From: Candidatus Marinacidobacterales bacterium
GTDB lineage: Bacteria > Acidobacteriota > Vicinamibacteria > Marinacidobacterales > DATDRI01
NCBI GenBank assembly: GCA_965226495.1
Contig: OZ245365.1
Coordinates: forward strand, 3,968,001-4,032,000
DNA length: 64,000 nt
Direction: 5' to 3'
Made by a program: the position numbers and the translations under genes. Below are positions 57,940-64,000 of the stretch, one piece after another. How positions within the stretch are numbered: the stretch's first letter is position 1; each line of letters begins with the position of its first letter. Below the pieces are notes generated by a model. That model searched no databases. It was not told where the DNA came from and saw only the letters and a program-made list of their open reading frames with translations.

Positions 57940-58794
57940 ATGGGCCAGACAACCGTCACCGTCGTCATCCCCACCTACAACCGGAAGGGCCTGCTTCCCC
58001 GGGCGCTGGCGTCGGTAGCCCGCCAAATCCGCCTACCCGAAGAAGTCATCGTTGTCGATGACGGCTCGACCGACGATACCGAGGGACTCATCCGGCGACA
58101 GTTCCCCGACGTCCGATATCTCCAGCAGGAGAACCGAGGCGTCTCGGCGGCACGGAACCGAGGAATCCGAGAGGCAAAGGGAGAGTGGGTGGCTTTCTTG
58201 GACTCGGATGACGAGTGGCTCCCGGAGAAGCTGGAGCGTCAACTCGATGCGCTTCGCGAGGACTCCGAATTCTTGCTCTGCCACACGAACGAGATCTGGA
58301 TACGTCGCGGTAAGCGAGTAAACCCGATGAAAAAGCACACCAAGTTTGGCGGGTTCATCTTTAAGAACTGTCTGCCGCTCTGTGTCATCTCTCCCTCGTC
58401 GGTCCTTGTCCATCGCAGCCTGTTCGAGCGGGTCGGTCTCTTCGATGAATCCTTGCCGACCTGCGAGGACTATGACCTCTGGCTTCGCATCACGTCGATA
58501 TTACCGGTTCTGTACCTGGAGGAGCCCCTCATCATGAAATACGGAGGACACGCCGATCAGCTCTCCCATCGCCATTGGGGCATGGATCGATTTCGCATCC
58601 GCGCCCTGGAGAAAGTGATCGATTCCGAGGCGCTATCCGGCGAGGATCGACGGGCTGCGGCAAAGATGTTGATCGAAAAGATTGACATTTATCTAGCGGG
58701 CGCACGCAAGCGCGGCAAAGAGAATGACACCGACGGCTACACAAGCAAACGAGACCATTATGCAAGCCTTCTGGACGTGAGCGTGGCCTCATGA
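57940..58794 (+). CDS. Glycosyltransferase family 2
   Basis: VIPTYNR, VVDDGSTD, AFLDSDDEW, CEDYDLWLR. Confidence 0.93.
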   Translation: MGQTTVTVVIPTYNRKGLLPRALASVARQIRLPEEVIVVDDGSTDDTEGLIRRQFPDVRYLQQENRGVSAARNRGIREAKGEWVAFLDSDDEWLPEKLERQLDALREDSEFLLCHTNEIWIRRGKRVNPMKKHTKFGGFIFKNCLPLCVISPSSVLVHRSLFERVGLFDESLPTCEDYDLWLRITSILPVLYLEEPLIMKYGGHADQLSHRHWGMDRFRIRALEKVIDSEALSGEDRRAAAKMLIEKIDIYLAGARKRGKENDTDGYTSKRDHYASLLDVSVAS

Positions 58795-59606
58795 TTCGGC
58801 TCGTGATCGCTCTACCGTCAGAGGCGAAACCGCTCCTTTCTCACTACCAGCTCAAAGCCGTCGAAGACTCCCGCGGCTTCAAGATCTATCAGAAAAACGA
58901 TATGGCGCTCGTCGTCTCTGGTGTCGGCAAGTCCGCCGCAGCGGCGGCCACCGCCTACCTCCAGGCCATGACGGGCAACGAGCCCGATCGGGCGTGGATC
59001 AATATCGGCATGGGCGGACACCGAGAGCTCGCGTTGGGTGAAGGCATCTTGGCGGAACGAGTCATGGACCTAGCAAGCGGCCAGACCTGGTACCCCCCTC
59101 CGGTTTTGGATGTATCGTCGTCGCGAGCCTCGGTGCTGACGGTGGACAAAGTGGAAGAAGACTTCGAGGCCCATTGGGTCTTCGAAATGGAAGCAGCGGG
59201 ATTCTGTGAGTCGGCCAATCGCTTCGCCACTGCCGAGTTGGTGCAGTGCTTCAAGATCGTTTCCGACAATCGAAGCGTCCCGCCCCGCTGGATGTCGACA
59301 CGGCAGGTCGACGAGCTCATAGAGGCCCGCCTCCCCGAAATCGATGCCGTTGTGGAGGCCACTGCTGCCCTGGCACGCGAAATGGCCGCCCTGAGCGATG
59401 CGCCACCCGGGCTAGATGCGGTTCTCGAGCGGTGGCATTTCACGGTGTCGGAACGGCGCCGGCTTCTGAGGCTTCTAAGGCGCTGGCACATTCTCGCTCC
59501 GGAAACCCGTATCTTCGACCAAGAGCTCAAGCAGCGAAGGACGAGCAAGGAAGTCCTTGGCCACATCCAAGCTCGCATCGAAGCACTTCCAGTGAGCCTC
59601 ACCTAA
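58791..59606 (+). CDS. Nucleoside phosphorylase / MTA-SAH nucleosidase-like protein
   Basis: SGVGK, INIGMGG, FEMEAAGF, KIVSDN. Confidence 0.8.
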   Translation: MIRLVIALPSEAKPLLSHYQLKAVEDSRGFKIYQKNDMALVVSGVGKSAAAAATAYLQAMTGNEPDRAWINIGMGGHRELALGEGILAERVMDLASGQTWYPPPVLDVSSSRASVLTVDKVEEDFEAHWVFEMEAAGFCESANRFATAELVQCFKIVSDNRSVPPRWMSTRQVDELIEARLPEIDAVVEATAALAREMAALSDAPPGLDAVLERWHFTVSERRRLLRLLRRWHILAPETRIFDQELKQRRTSKEVLGHIQARIEALPVSLT

Positions 59607-59613
59607 AGGAATC

Positions 59614-60624
59614 GTGATCCAAACGCTTTACATCGAGGAAGAAGTCTCGGAGCATCCGCGAACCAAAGAGGTCTGCGCTCGATTTCCAGGCGCGGCACGC
59701 ATTCCCATCACGCGCTACGGTGAGGTGTTCAATCGCAAGGGACAAAACTTCCGCCTACAGAAGAAGCGGCCGGCTCTGATCTTGGCCAAGAAGTACGGCC
59801 ATTTTGTGCTTCCCGCTCCCGACGGCTACGGCGTAGGTGGTCGGCGGAATTTTTATTTCTCACACATGCTGAACTGCCTCTATGACTGCCGCTATTGTTT
59901 TCTGCAAGGTATGTACCGCTCGGCCCACTACGTACTGTTCGTGAACTACGAAGAATTCGAGCAGGCGATGGCGACCACGCTGAGGGAGGCTCCGAACACG
60001 GAGACATACTTCTTTTCCGGATACGATTGCGACAGCTTAGCGCTGGAGTCGGTCACTCGCTTCTTCGAAAGCTTCTATTCCTTTTTCGCAGAGAACGACC
60101 GAGCGTGGTTCGAGCTTCGCACGAAGAGCGCTCAAATGAAACCGCTTCTCGCCGCGAAACCGCTGCCAAATGTCATTGTGGCCTTCAGTTTCACGCCGGA
60201 ACCGACCGGCCGCATCCTAGAGCACGGTGTACCGCCCCTCGCGCAACGCCTGGACGCCATCAAGGCTCTCGAAGACAAGGGCTGGAACGTCGGCCTACGC
60301 TTCGACCCCATGATCTACACCGACGATTATCACGACCGGTACCGGCGTCTCTTCGCCGATGTGTTCGGTCGGGTGCGAACCGATCGCCTCCACTCCGTGA
60401 GCCTGGGGCCCTTTCGTTTGCCGCGACCTTACTTCGATCAAATGTCGCGACTCTACCCGGACGAACGCTTGTTTGCCGGGCCACTGGTAACGAGAGGCAG
60501 GATGGTATCGTACCGGAAGGACAAGGAAGAGGAGATGGTGAGTTTCTGCACGCGGGAGCTCATGCCTTACATCTCCGAAGAAATATTCTTCCCCACGGAG
60601 ATGATGGAGACGGCTACCGGGTGA
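59614..60624 (+). CDS. Spore photoproduct lyase (SplB)-like radical SAM protein
   Basis: NCLYDCRYCFLQG CxxxCxxC, FELRTKS, GLRFDPMI. Confidence 0.88.
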   Translation: MIQTLYIEEEVSEHPRTKEVCARFPGAARIPITRYGEVFNRKGQNFRLQKKRPALILAKKYGHFVLPAPDGYGVGGRRNFYFSHMLNCLYDCRYCFLQGMYRSAHYVLFVNYEEFEQAMATTLREAPNTETYFFSGYDCDSLALESVTRFFESFYSFFAENDRAWFELRTKSAQMKPLLAAKPLPNVIVAFSFTPEPTGRILEHGVPPLAQRLDAIKALEDKGWNVGLRFDPMIYTDDYHDRYRRLFADVFGRVRTDRLHSVSLGPFRLPRPYFDQMSRLYPDERLFAGPLVTRGRMVSYRKDKEEEMVSFCTRELMPYISEEIFFPTEMMETATG

Positions 60625-61343
60625 ACCAAGGACCAAGGAAGATTCTGGTGACCGGCGCGAGCGCCGGTATCGGCGCCGCGATATGCCGCCGCCTCTTAGC
60701 CGACGGTCATCAGGTCGTGGGCGTAGCACGAGATTTCAGCAAGTTCGGACCTGCGGACGACCGATTCCACTCTGCAGCTATCGATCTGTCGGAGCTGGAT
60801 TCCCTTCCCGGGCGGCTTAAAGACCTGGCGCGCCAACACGAGGATGTGGACGCCGTCGTTTGCAACGCCGGGCGCGGGCAGTTCGGCTCCTTGGAGGAAT
60901 TCTCCTATCCACAAATCCGCTCGCTGGTCGACCTCAACTTCACGAGTCAGGCTTATGTCGCGCGCACGTTCCTCCCCAAGATGAAAGAGCGGGTAGGGGG
61001 AGACATCCTATTCATCGGTTCGGAGGCCGCGCTCAGCGGAGGACGAAGGGGAGCCGTTTACTCCGCCAGCAAATGGGCTCTTCGCGGATTCGCGCAAACG
61101 CTACGGGACGAGTGTGCCCGAAAAGGCGTGCGAGTCGCGGTCATCAATCCAGGAATGGTGAGAACGACGTTTTTCGAAGACCTGCATTTTGCTCCGGGAG
61201 ACGAAGAGGCGAATGCCCTGCTGCCCGAGGAGATCGCCGAGACCGTCGCGTTCGTGCTCTCTTCGCGACGAGGGGCGGTCTTCGATGAAATCAATCTTTC
61301 CCCGCTCAAGAAAGTCCTGAAGTTCAAGGACGGAAAGGACTAG
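60621..61343 (+). CDS. Short-chain dehydrogenase/reductase
   Basis: VTGASAGIG, CNAG, YSASK, NPGMVRT; GTGA overlap with the upstream stop. Confidence 0.92.
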   Translation: MNQGPRKILVTGASAGIGAAICRRLLADGHQVVGVARDFSKFGPADDRFHSAAIDLSELDSLPGRLKDLARQHEDVDAVVCNAGRGQFGSLEEFSYPQIRSLVDLNFTSQAYVARTFLPKMKERVGGDILFIGSEAALSGGRRGAVYSASKWALRGFAQTLRDECARKGVRVAVINPGMVRTTFFEDLHFAPGDEEANALLPEEIAETVAFVLSSRRGAVFDEINLSPLKKVLKFKDGKD

Positions 61344-61352
61344 TTTCTCGCC

Positions 61353-61961
61353 ATGCGATATCAATTTTTGATCGACACTTATAGAACCGAGATCGCAAAG
61401 GTCCTGAGCGGCTGGGCGATGTTCGACGACGACGATCTGTACCAACGACCTCACCCTTCCGACAAACGCGGCCGCAACTTTTTAGAGCACATGGTTCACC
61501 AGAGCATGAGCGAGAACCTTTGGTTCAAGACCATGCTCGGGATCTCGGTCACCGAGAATCCCCTTCCCCCCGAGGAGACGCGCCTATCCTTTATGAAGCA
61601 CTACGCCGAGAACGCGTCCAAGAGGTTAGCCGCTCTCGAGCAAAAGGACGAGGCCTGGTGGGAAGAGATGGTGGACTTTTTCGAGGTGAAGCGATCACGA
61701 GCCTGGGTAATGACCAGGCGCATCGCTCACACCTCTCATCATCGCGGTCAGCAAACCACGCTACTACGCATGGTCAATCATGACCTCCACAGCACCTACG
61801 GCCCGAGCGCTGACACCGGTGGGCTGATGGCGAACAAGGCACCCGTTATCTATGCGTATCCCAACGTCGAGAGGCTTCTCGAGGAAGAGTCCGGGGGCCG
61901 TAAGAAGACCGCGCTTCCTGGGCCGGGAGACAAACCACCCACGGAGCGGCCCGCGAGCTGA
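61353..61961 (+). CDS. DinB family protein
   Basis: HMVHQ, RIAHTSHHRGQ. Confidence 0.85.
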   Translation: MRYQFLIDTYRTEIAKVLSGWAMFDDDDLYQRPHPSDKRGRNFLEHMVHQSMSENLWFKTMLGISVTENPLPPEETRLSFMKHYAENASKRLAALEQKDEAWWEEMVDFFEVKRSRAWVMTRRIAHTSHHRGQQTTLLRMVNHDLHSTYGPSADTGGLMANKAPVIYAYPNVERLLEEESGGRKKTALPGPGDKPPTERPAS

Positions 61962-61966
61962 CACCC

Positions 61967-63490
61967 TTGCAAGGTCGGCAGCGCCAGCAGATACAAGCTG
62001 CGGCGCTCGCATTGTTGACTCTGCTGTTTCACGTACTGACCGCCAAGGGATATGGATATTTTCGCGATGAGCTCTACTACGTGGCCTGCTCCGAGCACTT
62101 GGCGCTTGGCTATGTGGATCACCCGCCGCTCATCGCACTCGTAACCTGGCTCGGCCGGGCGGTTCTTGGCGACTCCATTTATGCGCTGCGATTCTTCCCC
62201 GCAGTGTGCGCCGCCGGTACGGTCTACCTGACGGCATGCATCGCCCGCGATCTCGATGGCGGTCGGTTCGCCCAATCGGTAGCGGCAATCGCGGTGGCAT
62301 TGGCGCCGGTTTATCTCAGCTTATTCACCATCTTGTCGATGAACGCCTTGGACGTCTTTCTATGGACCGTGGCTCTGTGGATCGTGACCCACATTCTGAA
62401 GACCGGGGATCTTCGTGGGTGGCTCGCGTTTGGCCTGGTTGCCGGATTCGGACTCCAAAACAAACTGAGTTTCCTCTTCCTTGGGTTCGGTGTCGTCGTT
62501 GGCCTTCTCATCTCCCGCGACTGGCGTCACTTTACTAGTCCGTGGTTATGGCTGGCTGGATTGCTAGCACTCGGTATTTTTTCACCACACATTGGGTGGC
62601 AGGCCGCCAACGGCTGGCCGACTCTCGAGTTCATGGAGAACGCGCGGCTTTATAAAAACCTGCCGCTGTCTCCATTAGCCTTCCTAACAGCGCAAGCGGA
62701 GATGATGAACGTCGTCGCTCTGCCACTGTGGCTGGCGGGTCTCGGCTTTTACTTCTTTGCGCGGGATGGGCGCTCGTACCGAGCGTTTGGCTGGATGTAT
62801 CTCGCCGTGCTTTTGGTCATGATGACCCAGCATGCCAAGGCCTACTATCTTGCTCCGATTTACCCCGTGTTTTTCGCCGCCGGAGCCATCGTCTTGGATC
62901 GCCTCGCATCACGTCACCGATTGGGTTGGCTCAGAATCGCCGCACCGGTGGTTCTGGTCCTCTCCGGACTCGTCTTCGCGCCGCTCTCAAAACCTCTTCT
63001 TCCCGTCGATTCCTACGTTGCCTATGCAACGGCGCTAGGCCAGGAGCCCGACACCGGAGAGCGCAAGGAACTAGCGCGACTCCCACAATTCTTCGCCGAC
63101 ATGCACGGTTGGCCCGAAATGGTCGCCACCGTCGCCGACGCCTACGGTAAGTTGCCACCAGCCGATCGGGAGCGAGCCTGTTTTTTCGGCATGAATTACG
63201 GCCAGGCCGGCGCAGTCGATTTCTTCGGTGCCGCGTATGGCCTTCCCAAGGCGATGTCAGGACACAACGCCTATTTTCTTTGGGGACCGGGTGAGTGTAG
63301 CGGAGAGGTCATCCTCGCCTTCGACGACGACAGCGACGCGCTCGACGCGCTATTTCATGAAGTGGAGCAAGTCGGCGTTTTCACTTGCGAGGACTGCATG
63401 CCTTACGAGAACAATCAAAAGCTGTGGGTGGGCCGTGGGCCCCGAGTCTCAATAGAAGATGCGTGGGAAAGAACCAAGAATTACGACTGA
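61967..63490 (+). CDS. GT-C (family 39/ArnT-like) glycosyltransferase
   Basis: RDELYY, GYVDHPPL, KAYYLAPIYP, NYGQAGA. Confidence 0.88.
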   Translation: MQGRQRQQIQAAALALLTLLFHVLTAKGYGYFRDELYYVACSEHLALGYVDHPPLIALVTWLGRAVLGDSIYALRFFPAVCAAGTVYLTACIARDLDGGRFAQSVAAIAVALAPVYLSLFTILSMNALDVFLWTVALWIVTHILKTGDLRGWLAFGLVAGFGLQNKLSFLFLGFGVVVGLLISRDWRHFTSPWLWLAGLLALGIFSPHIGWQAANGWPTLEFMENARLYKNLPLSPLAFLTAQAEMMNVVALPLWLAGLGFYFFARDGRSYRAFGWMYLAVLLVMMTQHAKAYYLAPIYPVFFAAGAIVLDRLASRHRLGWLRIAAPVVLVLSGLVFAPLSKPLLPVDSYVAYATALGQEPDTGERKELARLPQFFADMHGWPEMVATVADAYGKLPPADRERACFFGMNYGQAGAVDFFGAAYGLPKAMSGHNAYFLWGPGECSGEVILAFDDDSDALDALFHEVEQVGVFTCEDCMPYENNQKLWVGRGPRVSIEDAWERTKNYD

Positions 63491-63822
63491 ATCGGACCTG
63501 TTACCCAATGGGCAAATGTCAGGCGCTCGAATTTTCCCCACCGGATGGGGGTGTGCGGTCCGACTGAGTCCCGGTGAGGGCAGCAGAACTCGAGCAAGCG
63601 AGACAAAACGGTTGAGGGGTGTCTGCCGACGGGGGGCCTGGGTGTGAAGTGACACTCCGAGCGCCTCGTACCGGCGCATCGGACGACTTGTTGGCCGGTG
63701 ATGGATTGCAGGAGGTTTTTCCTTTTTCGATAGGCGGCGCTCTCGATCGGTAGACCTTCCTGGGAGGCAGCGATCCCTGAGGCAAGAAGCGAGACAGCGC
63801 AGGCGGCGAGCAATCGAGGCAT
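63481..63822 (-). CDS. Possible secreted hypothetical protein or fragment
   Basis: Signal-peptide-like N-terminus directly after the amidase stop. Confidence 0.3.
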   Translation of the reverse strand: MPRLLAACAVSLLASGIAASQEGLPIESAAYRKRKNLLQSITGQQVVRCAGTRRSECHFTPRPPVGRHPSTVLSRLLEFCCPHRDSVGPHTPIRWGKFERLTFAHWVTGPIQS

Positions 63823-64000
63823 CTACCCCAACGTCTCCAGGAGCCCTGGCTCTTTTCGATGGTGGGTTGCTTGCTCGTAGGCGTACGCGATGCCGATCAG
63901 AATTGGTTCGCTCCACCTCCTTCCGAAGAAAGAGACCCCGACCGGCAAGCTGGAAACAAAACCCATTGGGATCGTGATGTCGGGATAGCCGGCGATCGCG
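63823..64000 (-). CDS. Amidase signature family enzyme (C-terminal end, runs off the window)
   Basis: Manual translation AIAGYPDITIPMGF..LPVGVSFFG..SEPILIGIAYAYEQATHHRK. Confidence 0.88.
   Translation of the reverse strand, partial: AIAGYPDITIPMGFVSSLPVGVSFFGRRWSEPILIGIAYAYEQATHHRKEPGLLETLG

Overview
GC-rich bacterial chromosome segment, probably Acidobacteriota/Vicinamibacteria-like. That placement is inferred from gene content and intergenic repeats only. Host genes include transketolase, two CRP/FNR regulators, terC-crcB-DUF190, bfr/bfd, a TatT-type TRAP transporter, etfBA, a Nit1C (MSMEG_0572-type) nitrilase cluster, DegP with a two-component system, vapBC, and a GT2/nucleosidase/SplB-like radical SAM/SDR operon. 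Main observations: (1) an ~11 kb integrated phage-satellite-like element (~24.9-36.0 kb) carrying integrase, AlpA, a VapE-type helicase with an iteron origin, an HK97 prohead protease, a major capsid protein and an apparent tail-tube gene split by IS256, with no portal or terminase; (2) an AhpD-like CxxU selenoprotein candidate (in-frame UGA plus a SECIS-like hairpin) that the ORF track splits in two; (3) an operon of unknown function at 57.9-61.3 kb. Several genes carry frameshifts, ~175-bp tandem duplications, a deletion or a micro-inversion, which may be assembly or amplification artefacts. All family assignments come from motif recognition; no searches were run.
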